From: Octopus bimaculoides
Taxonomy: Eukaryota
NCBI RefSeq assembly: GCF_001194135.2
Contig: NC_068985.1
Span: 3,468,619 to 3,502,249 of the forward strand
Direction: 5' to 3'
Length of the DNA stretch: 33,631 nucleotides
Shown in pieces: positions 20,291 through 32,632 of the stretch; position 1 is the first letter of the stretch; each line of letters starts with the position of its first letter. Below the pieces are notes generated by a model. It saw only the letters and a list, made by a program, of their open reading frames with translations. It was not told the origin of the DNA and did not search any database. The position numbers and the translations under genes are program-made.

Positions 20291-20503
20291 AAGGCGGCGA
20301 GCTGGCAGAAACGTTAGCACGCCGGACAAAATGCTTAGCGGTATTTCGTCTGTCTTTACGTTCGGAGTTCAAATTGCGACGAGGTTGACTTTGCCTTTCA
20401 TCCTTTCGGGGTTGATTAAATAAGTACCAGTTGCGTACTGGGTTGATCTAATCGACTGGTCTCCTTCCCCCAAAATTTCGAGCCTTGTGCCTAGAGTAGA
20501 AAA
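20291..20503 (+). mobile_element. Family A SINE
   Basis: Near-consensus full-length copy. Confidence 0.88.
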
Positions 20504-21053
20504 AATATATAACTGAGTGCTTTGATATATCACGAATTTTTATGAGGAGTCCTTTTAAGGTAAATAACGCAGTGTTCTGTGTTGTAACACAACCTCCATG
20601 TTAAGTTGGAGGTCACTTCTGTCGCCATTAATTATCAGATGAAAAGGTATGTTTTTAGTAAAACCACCATGTCTTTTCTCAGAAATAAAACATCATCCTA
20701 ATTAACAAGATAAAACAAACCACCCAAACACACACATATATCAACAGTCACAAACAAAATTGTAATTTCTCAACTGCTTTCTTCCTCTTTAATTTATGTT
20801 AGCGACAAAACAATGATGAGAAAAACAATTTCTTTGTTGTTGATTCATAACTATTTCCTCTGATTTATTCGTTGCTCTTTCAAAACTTGTAACTGTATTG
20901 TTTTATTATTGAAGTAATAAATAAATGTGTTTATTGACCTTGCAAAAGCATCAGATGCTTCTAAACACAACACTTAATTCTACTTGACTGACACTTTGAA
21001 GATTAAACCAGACATTACAATCATCATCATCATCATCATCATCTAGTTATATT

Positions 21054-21448
21054 GGTTGGTTGGTTGGTTGGCACTCCGTCGGTTACGACGACGAGGGTCC
21101 CAGTTGATCCGATCAGCGGAACAGCCTGCTCGTGAAATTAACGTGCAAGTGGCTGAGCACTCCACAGACACGTGTACCCTTAACGTAGTTCTCGGGGAGA
21201 TTCAGCGTGACACAGAGTATGACAAGGCTGGCCCTTTGAATTACAGGCACAACAGAAACAGGAAGAAAGAATGAGAGCAAGTTGCGATGAAAGAGTACAG
21301 CAGGGTTCGACTCATCCCCCGCAGGAGCCTTGTGGAGCTTTAGGTGTTTTCGCTCAATAAACACTCACAACGCCCGGTCTGGAAATCGAAACCGCGATCC
21401 TACAACCGCGAGTCCGCTGCCCTAACCACAGGACCATTGCGCCTCCAT
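21054..21448 (-). mobile_element. tRNA-derived SINE, family C, with (AACC)n tail and 12-bp TSD
   Basis: TSD TCTAGTTATATT at 21042-21053 and 21449-21460; head GGAGGCGCAATGGTCCTGTGGTTAGGGC...GGTTTCGATTTCC; tail GACGGAGTGCC(AACC)n. Confidence 0.88.
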
Positions 21449-21489
21449 TCTAGTTATATTACATTATATTTTAATACGGTATTGTGTTG

Positions 21490-21700
21490 TACTATATTGG
21501 CTTCAAATTTTGGTACAAGGGGGTGGGGTGAGTTGACTACATCGACACCAGTGTTCAACTGGTACTTATTTATGTCGATCCCGAAAGGATGAAAAGCAAA
21601 GTCGACCTCGGCGGAATTTGAACTCGCAACATTAAGACGGGCGAAATGCTGCTAAGCATTTTGTCCGAAGCGGTAGCGATTTTGCCATCTCACCGCCTTA
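21490..21700 (-). mobile_element. Family A SINE
   Basis: Reverse complement of head, core and tail. Confidence 0.8.
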
Positions 21701-21956
21701 GGGTATATATCATATTTTATCGATGGTTATTAATATATAGTGAAAGTGGTTCAAGTGCTTGGTAGACTTTTGAACATTTCACCTGAAAGCCACGTGATGA
21801 ATTCTAAGAGAGATAAAATTATTGAGGATTGAGATGAGATTCTTGTTAGATCTGGGTCAAAGCTGACCTAGATTTTACTTATTTCATTAGTTGAAATCAA
21901 CGAAAAACATCTAATTGTTCTAGATATACATTTTAGAAATGAATTACTGCTCTTTT

Positions 21957-22004
<48 letters not shown>

Positions 22005-22061
22005 CATATATGATTCTGTATAAGGCGCTGGATTTTCATTGCACTGTTGGCAGGCGGTGTG

Positions 22062-22125
<64 letters not shown>

Positions 22126-22274
22126 GTGTATCTGTGTATCGATCGATCTCTCTGTTTACCTTCCTGCTTGTCTGTATGCATGTATATTTGTCTGTGTGTG
22201 TTTATGTTTGTGTGTATGAGTGTGTGAGTAAATATACACACAAATAAACAAATATAGGTATTCAGTCACACACA

Positions 22275-22350
<76 letters not shown>
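21957..22350. repeat. (TG)n, (TATC)n, (CA)n compound tract
   Basis: Seen directly. Confidence 0.93.
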
Positions 22351-22354
<4 letters not shown>

Positions 22355-22792
22355 TTCCCAATCATGTGATCCAGCGGTTGCGTGCACTCACATCCAGATG
22401 TTGTAAACAAGCAGATTAGAATGTGTGGATCAGAGATGAATATTATTTGCAAACTTTAGACCATTCGCTATCTTGTTTGGAGTGGGTTGGTAGGGTGGGT
22501 TAGGAGGAGGGAAAGACACAAAAAGAAAAGGCGTGACTGTGTGATAAGAAGTTTGCTTACCAACCACATGGTTCCGGGTTCTAGTATAGCCTCGGGCCGA
22601 CCAAAGATTTGTCAGTCAATTATCTCACGTTGTTTTGCAATCACTTAGACAGGTGACGCGTGGCACACCGTGCACCTGTTCAGACAACGTCGATTTGATG
22701 TAGTGAGTGAGAGCTAATGTGCGGCACATGCATTTACACGCTAGAAACACATCATTTGTGCTGGTCGTTCGGTAAAAGATGAACGTTTATAC

Positions 22793-23185
22793 GCTGGGCT
22801 GTGTGGTAAGTAGCTTGCTTACCAACCACATGGTTCCGGGTTCAGTCCCACTGCGTGGAACCTTCGGCAAGTGTCTTCAACTATAGCCTCGGGCCTACGA
22901 AAGCCTTGTGAATGGATTTGGTAGACGGAAACTGAAAGAAGCCCGTCATATATATATATGTATGCATATATATGTTTGTGTGTCTGTATTTGTTCCCCCA
23001 ACATCGCTTGACAACCGATGCTGGTGTGTTTATGTCCCCGTCACTTAGCGGTTCGGCAAGAGACCGATAGAATAAGTACTAGGCTTACAAAGAATAAGTC
23101 ATGGGGTCGATTTGCTCGACTAAAGGCGGTGCTCCAGCATGGCCGCAGTCAAATGATTGAAACAAATATAAGAAATAAAGGAAAA
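22793..23185 (+). mobile_element. Family B SINE (a separate deleted head fragment lies at ~22530-22610)
   Basis: Full head, core and 3' body. Confidence 0.88.
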
Positions 23186-24114
23186 GAATACATACATAAA
23201 TACATACATACACACGTATGTATGTATGTATCTACCTATCTATTTACCTATCTATCTATAACACTAAAACAGAACTTTTCTCACGGTGGAACAATAGGTT
23301 TTTTTGTGACAGTTTACATTTGCCTTAGCTAGGCCGAAATAATGTCTCCAGCACTTGACCCTTCGAACCTCTTCTACTTCACTAAAAGCTGGACTTAAAA
23401 TATCACAGTACCACCAACGAAGTCCATTGTTCTCAGAGATACGTCTATTCTTCTGGAGAGTTATAAAAACAAGAAACCCCAAGCAAAAAGTTAGTTCAGT
23501 CATTTGGTGACAACTCAGTTAGTTAGTGACAACTCGAGTTAGAGAGAGAGAGAGAGAGAGGTACCATCAGTAGTGAACGGACCACTAGAATCATGGCCAG
23601 AAGCAGGCAGCCACTAAAGACAAACGGCCAGAGAAAAAAGAGAAAGTTTACAATCAGCGACAATACGAGACAACTTGTCCCGACTCTCTCACTCTCACTG
23701 CCTCACTTTATTTTCTCTTACAAAATCACTCTATTTCTATCTGTAATTACTACTACACAATGACGAGAACACAAACACAAACTATACAAGGAAAATCTAC
23801 ACCTATCTTTACTTCGCATGCTTTTGGATTTTATCACCTGCCCGTCGAGGCAAGTTATTGAATAATGTAACGGTAAAATGAATATTTTCTTCACAACTTC
23901 AATCACTGTTCTTTCATCTTTACATAATGACTTCATCTTTACATAATGGCAATCAACGAAGAACCAATCTATTACAAACTGACTACGACTCCGACGTTCC
24001 ATATTATTGTTATCGAATAAAGTTTCAACCGTCACAAAATCTAGTTTCTGCCGTTACACATCTCAAGGCATCGATTACATATATAAATTGCAGCGTGGAA
24101 GGTGTTTATAATTC

Positions 24115-24298
24115 TTTCTTTCTTTTATTTCTTTTACTTGTTTCAGTCATTTGACTGCGGCCATGCTGGGGCACCGCCTTTAGTCGATCAACTCGAGCCA
24201 AGAGCTTATTCTTTGTAAGCCTAGTACTCATTCTATCGGTCTCTTTGCTGAACCGCTAAGTTATAGGGACGTAAACACACCAGCATCGGTTGTCAAGT
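24115..24298 (-). mobile_element. Family B SINE 3' portion (a similar 3' fragment lies at ~6405-6500)
   Basis: TTTTACTTGTTTCAGTCATTTGACTGCGGCCATGCTGG...GAACCGCTAAGTTA...GGTTGTCAAG. Confidence 0.8.
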
Positions 24299-24645
24299 CT
24301 TTCATCCGCTCGGGGTCGATAAATTAAGTACCAGTTATTCACCGGGGTCGATGTGATCGACTTACCCCCTCCCGACAAATTTCATCTATTCACATTCTTT
24401 ACTCATTCAAATCTTGCCGATATTTTGGCTTTTTTCCTTTCCGGAAATGGTAGGAGAGGAATCATGAGACATTGCGAGAAGAAGAAGAAGAAGAATAAGA
24501 ATTTGTTTTTTTTTTCTCATTGATCGTTTGAAATTAATTTTATAATTAAACAACATTAATTCTTGACTTTATTCTCTTGAAGGAATTCCAAGATTTCTCC
24601 GCGTAAATGGTGGAAAATTTTTTTTAAAGAATTGTGCTTCAGAAT

Positions 24646-24747
<102 letters not shown>

Positions 24748-25524
24748 TTGTGTTTTGTATTCTTGTTCTTGGTTTTCATTCTTCTGATATAGTTAATTTA
24801 TTCTAATTATATCTAAAGTTAATTGTGCGTTTTCAGTGATTTTTCTCGAGAAATTTTCAGTTTAACATGGCATTATAAAACCTACATTAATATTCCCATT
24901 GTTTACCGCCTCCAAAAATGTAAGCAAAAACAAAACCAACAAATATCATCATCATCATCATCATTAACAACAACTTAAATCTAAGTCCACGACCTCAGCA
25001 TCCGGGAGATTATCATTTGCGAGCAGCCGTTTCCTGTTGACGCCAATGAGACAAACAGAAATACTAAAGTCCATGGGTGAAAAAGCAAAGTTATTTAAGT
25101 GGATTAAACTGATTATATTTAATTAAAGTTAATGAGCGAAATCTTGCCATGGGATATTCCATCTTCTATACTCACCCCCTCGCCCCCTATTAATATCCCA
25201 GTCTGTTATAGCTTCATGGTAGAGTAGCCTGCAGCCAATTTCTATTCAATAATAAAGTGTTTCAATGATTTGCCGACTCTGAACAGTGAATTTGCTTGAG
25301 AAGGCTTGGCCTAAATACTGGCGTGTGTCTAACACGAGGGGATTGGCCTAATGTTGGGTGGTGAGAGCCCCCTACGCTGAATGTTTTTTTGATTCTTTTT
25401 TAACGATAGGTGGTCGGCCGTTTAATTATAAGGGCTATGTCTAACCCCATTACTGATCATAGTTCATATTTCCTGACAGTGAAGTGCTTTCCGCGGAGTT
25501 TCCAAACATCAAGCGTGATGTTTC

Positions 25525-25890
25525 ATCTTTTTACATTCTTCAGTTATTAGACTACGGCCATGCTGGGGCACCGCCTTGAAGAAGTTTTAGTCGAATGAAT
25601 CGATTCCAATACTTTTCTTTTTTCTTTTAAGTTATTCTATCGGTCTCTAGGGGCCGAACCACTAAGTTATAGGGACGTAAACAAACCCATACCGGTTGTC
25701 AATCAGTGATGGGCACATACACACACACGATGAGCTTCTTTCGGTTTCCGTCTACCAGATCCATTCATAAGGCTTTGGCTGACCGGAGGCTATAGTAGAA
25801 GATTCTTGCCCAAGGTACCACGTAATGGGACTGAACCCAGAACCATATGGTTGGGAAGTAAGCTTCTTGCCACACAGACCTGCCTTCGCC
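25525..25890 (-). mobile_element. Family B SINE
   Basis: Reverse-complement full copy. Confidence 0.82.
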
Positions 25891-26109
25891 CGTCTATATA
25901 ATCCCTTGGATAAAACAAGGGTTGGCAAGGTTCGTGGATGACGTCACTCGCTCTCTGACGAAGAAGTTTTTTTTTAAGAACATCGTGAAAACATTTCTAT
26001 TATGATTAGAACTAATTAGAAATCTCACATAACTGTTTGTATTATATCCTTCAAAAGACTTTGCCCATCACATTTAATTAGTTATTATTAATAACTATTA
26101 ATTATTTAC

Positions 26110-26316
26110 ATTTGACGGATATTTGTCCTCATCTTCCTAACACAACATTTCGGCTGATATACCCTCCAGCCTTCATCAGGTGTCGTGGGGAAATTTCGAA
26201 CCTGGGTTCTCATTCCTAAATTATTTTTCGATGTTATTACTATTATTCAGGTCACTGCCTGGAATCGAACACAAAATCTTGGAATTAGTAGCCGCGCTCT
26301 TAACTGCGCGTAGTGG
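26110..26316 (-). mobile_element. Short retroposon: tRNA-like head + Penelope-type hammerhead body, 12-bp TSD, inverted 5' tip
   Basis: TSD TTAATTATTTAC at 26098-26109 and 26317-26328. B-box GTTCGATTCC at 26270-26261. A-box-like TAGTGG-TTAAGAGC is split by an inversion. Hammerhead core at 26184-26139; AT-rich 3' end. Confidence 0.75.
26139..26184 (-). ncRNA. Minimal type I hammerhead ribozyme motif (Penelope-like-element type)
   Basis: GACAC-CUGAUGA-A-GGCUG-(GAGGGUAUAU)-CAGCC-GAAA-UG-UU-GUGUU. Stem I GACAC/GUGUU, perfect 5-bp stem II, conserved CUGAUGA and GAAA core, essentially no stem III. Activity is untested. Confidence 0.7.
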
Positions 26317-26602
26317 TTAATTATTTACCTAAATACTCTAGTACCTGTTGGGACTAGAAATAATTCTAGGTGATAAACTAAAATATTCACAAGTGTCCAA
26401 TCGTTCAGTTGTTTACAAACAAATACATTTTTATCAAAAGTTAAGAGAGGAACGCCTGTATTTCCTTTGTTGTTGTATTTTCAATGTGGACCTTGAATTT
26501 TAAAGATATCAACCATTTCATTGTGGACCTTGAATTTAAAAGATATCAATCATGTTGATCTTGTCCGTACGGCATTCAACATTAAATCGAACTCTATACC
26601 TT

Positions 26603-26710
26603 CCCTGTGGAGGCGCGTGACTTAGTGGTAAGGGTGTCACCATCATGATCGTAAGATTGTGGTTTCGATTCCTGGACCGGGCTACGCGTTCTTGAGCAAA
26701 ACACTTAATT
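26603..26710 (+). mobile_element. SINE head (same type as 8883-9162) running into an assembly gap
   Basis: GGAGGCGCGTGACTTAGTGGTAAGGG...GGTTTCGATTCC...GTTCTTGAGCAAAACACTT. Confidence 0.75.
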
Positions 26711-28136
26711 NNNNNNNNNNNNNNNNNNNNNNNNNNNNNNNNNNNNNNNNNNNNNNNNNNNNNNNNNNNNNNNNNNNNNNNNNNNNNNNNNNNNNNNNNN
26801 NNNNNNNNNNNNNNNNNNNNNNNNNNNNNNNNNNNNNNNNNNNNNNNNNNNNNNNNNNNNNNNNNNNNNNNNNNNNNNNNNNNNNNNNNNNNNNNNNNNN
26901 NNNNNNNNNNNNNNNNNNNNNNNNNNNNNNNNNNNNNNNNNNNNNNNNNNNNNNNNNNNNNNNNNNNNNNNNNNNNNNNNNNNNNNNNNNNNNNNNNNNN
27001 NNNNNNNNNNNNNNNNNNNNNNNNNNNNNNNNNNNNNNNNNNNNNNNNNNNNNNNNNNNNNNNNNNNNNNNNNNNNNNNNNNNNNNNNNNNNNNNNNNNN
27101 NNNNNNNNNNNNNNNNNNNNNNNNNNNNNNNNNNNNNNNNNNNNNNNNNNNNNNNNNNNNNNNNNNNNNNNNNNNNNNNNNNNNNNNNNNNNNNNNNNNN
27201 NNNNNNNNNNNNNNNNNNNNNNNNNNNNNNNNNNNNNNNNNNNNNNNNNNNNNNNNNNNNNNNNNNNNNNNNNNNNNNNNNNNNNNNNNNNNNNNNNNNN
27301 NNNNNNNNNNNNNNNNNNNNNNNNNNNNNNNNNNNNNNNNNNNNNNNNNNNNNNNNNNNNNNNNNNNNNNNNNNNNNNNNNNNNNNNNNNNNNNNNNNNN
27401 NNNNNNNNNNNNNNNNNNNNNNNNNNNNNNNNNNNNNNNNNNNNNNNNNNNNNNNNNNNNNNNNNNNNNNNNNNNNNNNNNNNNNNNNNNNNNNNNNNNN
27501 NNNNNNNNNNNNNNNNNNNNNNNNNNNNNNNNNNNNNNNNNNNNNNNNNNNNNNNNNNNNNNNNNNNNNNNNNNNNNNNNNNNNNNNNNNNNNNNNNNNN
27601 NNNNNNNNNNNAACAGCAACGAAATATCAACGAAAAGAAAACAAAGAGACATGTTTGGTTATTGAATTATAATAAAACAGAGAGACATGTTGGGTAATTT
27701 AACTGTAAACGGATTATATTCTGAGAATTATCCAAAGTATTTTATCGATTAAAATAAAAACATTTTTCTTTTGAAATATGAGAAATGAGAACTAACTTTT
27801 GATCGAGACAGTGTAAGGGCAATAATTCAAGATTTCTATATTCAAGATACTTTCCCTTGTTTGATAAACTGATATGAAAGCGCTTATAAATTTCACTTAT
27901 AAAATAATGACTAGAAGGATTCTCTTACGTTAGTGTCTGCCAAACGCGGTGGCGCAAGAGATTCCTGGAGTGCCGCGAGAAGTATTTTCGGGATTTTCGG
28001 GAAACAACGATCCAAGAACATTCGCAAAGCTTGGGCGTAAATATAAATTAATTATAAAAATCGTAAAATATGGTAAATATAAATTAATTACGTTACACGA
28101 CGAACAGCAGTTTTGCTACAATATATTACGTTTCTA

Positions 28137-28350
28137 GGGCGGCGAGCTGGCAGAAACGTTAGCACGCTGGGCGAAAAACCTAGCGGTATTTCTGCGGCCG
28201 TTACGTTCTGAGTTCAAATTCTGCCGAGGTCGATTTTCGCCTTTCATCCTTTCGGGGTCGATAGATTAAGTACCAATTACGTACTTATGTCGATTTAATC
28301 GACTGACCCCCTCCCTAGAATATTTCGGGCCTTGTGCCTAGAGTAGAAAA
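28137..28350 (+). mobile_element. Family A SINE
   Basis: Near-consensus full-length copy. Confidence 0.88.
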
Positions 28351-28384
28351 GTTTAAAATATTTTGGTTATACTTCTATAATATA

Positions 28385-28540
28385 CAAACTATTTTAACAC
28401 TTTTTCTTATACAATTCCTAATGAAATTTAATTCTAAAAATATAACAGAATTTTTGAAATAACGAATGGCTATGGGGGTTCACTCGACTGGGTAGGCATC
28501 CAAAGGATCCATAGGTAAAAAAAATGCTTGAGAACCTCTG
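28385..28540. mobile_element. Right arm of the same hAT-type MITE family
   Basis: ATTTTAACA...TACAATTCCTA...CGAATGGCTATGG...TTGAGAACCTCTG aligns by eye to 15070-15196. Confidence 0.55.
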
Positions 28541-28829
28541 ATTGACAAAATCGGTGAATCTAAAGTCCTTTGTGACATTTGATTCCAACTCTTTGTGTTC
28601 TGTAGTAAAGATTGTTTGCCAACATAACATGGCAGTCCTGGTTTAGGACGAATGTGGCTGTGATTTAGCCCCAGGAGACATTGTCTCCAGCTGGCTATAC
28701 GACACGATCTGTGTCCTTATATTTTCCAACAAAGGAATCTAGCACCCCAACACAGCTCAAAACAATATCTGTGTATCGCGATTTCCGGGTTATTTATCTT
28801 CATCTTTATGTTTGATTTCAAATCCCAAC

Positions 28830-29150
28830 GAGATAAGCTCTATCCGTCATCCTTTCGAGATCGATAAACTAAATACCAGTAATACATTAGTATTGATGGT
28901 ATTGACTATTAGTCCCTCCAACCTCAGCCACCAAATTCCAGGCATTGCGCTTAAATTTCAAACAATTATTTGGGCGGCGGATTGATAGAACAGTTCAAGA
29001 GTCATTGCGGCATTTTGTTTGAACCGCTTATATTTTGAGTTCAAATCTCAACCAAGCTTTTGATTCCTCTGGGGTCGATAAAATAAAGTGTCACTCAAGA
29101 ACTAGGGTCGATCGACCAACATCCCTTCTAAATGTCTGGCCTTGTACTTT
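28830..29150 (+). mobile_element. Two old family A SINE remnants
   Basis: Decayed TCATCCTTTCGAGATCGATAAAC and TGAGTTCAAAT...CTGGGGTCGATAAAATAAAG cores. Confidence 0.6.
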
Positions 29151-29257
29151 AATTAAAAACAATTGTTATCATTCAGCCAAGTATCCAATCCATGCAGGCA
29201 TTGGTCAACGCGGCAACACGCTGCAATGGCGCATGCTCCCACACGTGATCCAATTGT

Positions 29258-29464
29258 CTTCTATCTTTTACTTGTTTCAGTCATTAGACTGCGGCCATGC
29301 TGGGGCACCAGCTTCAGGAATTTTTAATCAAACAAATCGACCCCAGAACTTTTTTTTAAAAGCTTGGTACTTATTCTATCGGTCGATTTTGCTGAACCGC
29401 TAAGCACACCAGCACTGGTTGTCAAGCGGTGGTGGGAGACAAACACAGACAAAAAAAGACACGT

Positions 29465-29510
<46 letters not shown>

Positions 29511-29668
29511 GACAAGCTTCTTTCAGTTACCGTCTACCAAATCCACTCACAAGGCTTTGGCCGGCCCGAGGCTATAGTAGAAGACACTTGCCCAAGGTGT
29601 CACACAGTGGGACTGAACCCAGAAGCATGTGGTTGGGAAGCAGGCTTCTTACCACACAGCCACGCCAG
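29258..29668 (-). mobile_element. Family B SINE with internal (AT)n
   Basis: Reverse-complement full copy. Confidence 0.88.
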
Positions 29669-30224
29669 CGATTATTATTGGGAAAAAACCCCAAAAAACA
29701 TCAGCTCACGTGACACGGAAAGTTAGTTTGCTGTTTGTTCTTTTCGTGTTTTCTATTTAAATCGTATAAACTTGTCACGATTGTTTGTCGAAGGAGACCT
29801 GGCAACTATTGAGTTAATTGTCCTAATTTTTGTGAGCGTGGAGCGTTCTGTTATGACCATTCCATGAACGGTTTTCTTTGCATTATTTTGGCTGAAATGG
29901 CGAAAACATAATTAAAGAAAAAAAAAAATAGGGTTAGAAGAGAAAAATCTATCATTTTTGTTTCCTTCCCACCTCGACTTTGTAATGGATGTGGTAACCG
30001 CAGACGACAACTCTAAGCAGACATTAACTGTGTCTCTTTCAACCTACACAAGGGAATGTGCGATAAACAAAATAGGAATTTTGAAAGAAGTATCTACAAA
30101 ACTAGTTTTTCAACATCGAATGGCTATGGTGGGGTGGCTGGGTTCCACCAGAATAAAGTTATAATCAAAGGAAGCTATACATAAAAAAGACGGTTGAGAA
30201 CCAGTGCTTAATATGAATGCTGAT

Positions 30225-30900
30225 CAGAATCGTTAGAGCATCGGAAAAAATTCATTCGTTTCGTCTCTTTATGTTCTGAGTTCGAATTTTGCAGAGGTCA
30301 GCTTTGTTTTTTATCCTCTCGGGGATCGGTAAAAAAAAATACCAGTCAAATACTGATTGATGGTATGGTTAGCCATTCCTCTTAAAACTGTGTCTAACTC
30401 AGAAACCATTGTCATTATTGTCTATTACCGACAAGCCCCTCCCTTCAAAACTTATGCCTAAATTAAAACAATTGTCTCTAGGGCAGCGCGTTGGTGGAAA
30501 CGTTAGCGAATCCGACGAAATACCTTCTGTCTCTTTATTTTTTAAGTTCAATCCTACCAAAGTGAATTTTGCTTTTTCCTCCTCCCTCGGTCGATGAAAT
30601 AAGGTACCAATCTTTGAGCCTGAATCAGAAGAAATAATTATTACAAGGGATAGAAAAAAAAACAAAATATTCTTGCCTAATTTCTTTATTCTTCTTTCTG
30701 AGTTTAGATGCACCTTCTGCGAAAATCGTCCAAGGGCCAAAATGGAAGTTGTTATTGATGGATAGTTGAAATACCGCTGAGGTCGATTTTGCTGTTAATC
30801 CTTTCGAGGTCCTTAAATAAAGTACCAATGAATCACTAGGGTCGATGTAATCGACAAACCCATTGCTCCAAACTGCTGACCTTGTGGCAAAATGAGAAAA
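30225..30900 (+). mobile_element. Three consecutive decayed family A SINEs
   Basis: Repeated head/B-box/core remnants near 30230, 30480 and 30765. Confidence 0.6.
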
Positions 30901-32220
30901 GATTATTAATGGATAAAGTGCAATTGATAGAAGTATTAGCGTGCCAGGCAAACATTCCTCTTTGGACACAGTTTCCAGTCTTTGAAATTGGATTTCGAAT
31001 TCTGTGGGAGAAACTTTGCTTGGTGTTTTTTTTTTAAATCGATCAAAGAATTACTTGTCACACACTGGAATAGATCTAAACGATTTTTCTTCCTCATAAT
31101 TGGTGGATTTCTTCCTTTCTATGATAATTTCCGTTTTTATTCATTGTAGGGCTACGAAGGGAACAGATGTAATGACCAAAGAAATTTCAATCCTACATAC
31201 GCAGGAGAATTTATAAAAGGCAAAAAATATGACCCCCCCCCCAAAAAAAAAATCAACTTTCTATGAAATAAGTAAAACTTTATATAATAAATATATAAAT
31301 CTTTTATAAAATAAAGAAAACAACGGACGTAAGCAAAAGGGCCTTATATTATAATATAAGGCCATTTTAGTTTCCCCCGTTGTAAGAGAAAAAGATGTGT
31401 AAAAACTCTTTAAAATATTAGGAAAATAACTTCAAACAAGAATTGAACTTCGTGTGTACAGAGATAGAACGTTTGAAGATAAGACAGATGGGCAAATCAC
31501 ATGAACAAAAACCAATGACTTTGAAAAATGTTATGATGATGTTAATAATTTCTTTTAAAATTATTTGCATCGTAATTCATTCTCTTCTGAAATCTAAAAT
31601 AGTGGCCTAGATTATTCGAACTCAGGGTAAATTAATTGATTACGCTTCCACCAATTAAAATTATTTTCCTTTGATTGGTCGGTGTTGCTATTTCATTGAT
31701 GAAATAATCTAGGAGTCATATCTCAACCGAAAACACAGCATTTGTCAAATGATCCCTAAAACGTTATCAGATATGGTATCGCTATCCCGGATACTAAAGA
31801 GATCAATACAATAGTTATTAAATAACAACAAACCATTTGATTCGTTCGTTCCACCATCTGCAGGTGAAGTATTATTTACCAAGCAACTACTTGCAATTCA
31901 GATTCCTGAATTTGATACCGGGACTGGTGACCTTTAAACCCAAACAACAATTGACTGCCAGCAGGATGTCATCACTATGGGGATTGCTATAGGAAGCATC
32001 AGCGTACTCTAAGAATATTCCTGTGTTGCAGAGCGCAAGCAGGTTTTTTGCTGAATAGCTGGGATGTAATTTCAGATGTCCATGACATGTTTAGGAGGAG
32101 GAGGACTGATTAAAGCTAATTTGATATCAATTTCGAAAAATGCTCTGCTTGTCCCAGTTATTCTAGATTGGTAGATACATGAATATTTGAATAAATCAAT
32201 AAATATATACATGAATACAT

Positions 32221-32261
<41 letters not shown>

Positions 32262-32584
32262 NNNNNNNNNNNNNNNNNNNNNNNNNNNNNNNNNNNNNNN
32301 NNNNNNNNNNNNNNNNNNNNNNNNNNNNNNNNNNNNNNNNNNNNNNNNNNNNNNNNNNNNNNNNNNNNNNNNNNNNNNNNNNNNNNNNNNNNNNNNNNNN
32401 NNNNNNNNNNNNNNNNNNNNNNNNNNNNNNNNNNNNNNNNNNNNNNNNNNNNNNNNNNNNNNNNNNNNNNNNNNNNNNNNNNNNNNNNNNNNNNNNNNNN
32501 NNNNNNNNNNNNNNNNNNNNNNNNNNNNNNNNNNNNNNNNNNNNNNNNNNNNNNNNNNNNNNNNNNNNNNNNNNNNNNNNNNNN

Positions 32585-32632
<48 letters not shown>

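Noticed and set aside
20560-20655. Plus-strand AAG|GTATGT donor with a possible small exon
   Set aside because: Stops in all frames, poor acceptor and no partner exons.
22392-22452. LQIIFISDPHI resembles metallophosphoesterase motif I
   Set aside because: Weak acceptor, no downstream motifs or partner exons, and the ORF runs into (TG)n; probably chance.
26485-26553. 37-bp-period direct duplication (also a 14-bp duplicate at ~9205/9229)
   Set aside because: Simple two-copy local duplications with no spacer structure; not CRISPR-like.
27930-28000. hAT-like terminus (TAGTGTCTGCCAAAC...GGAGTGCCGCGAG)
   Set aside because: No matching opposite end or TSD was found.
31780-32020. Minus-strand LEYAD...LGLKV...F-KYPG, vaguely like an RTE RT
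   Set aside because: Too decayed to call by eye; needs a profile search.
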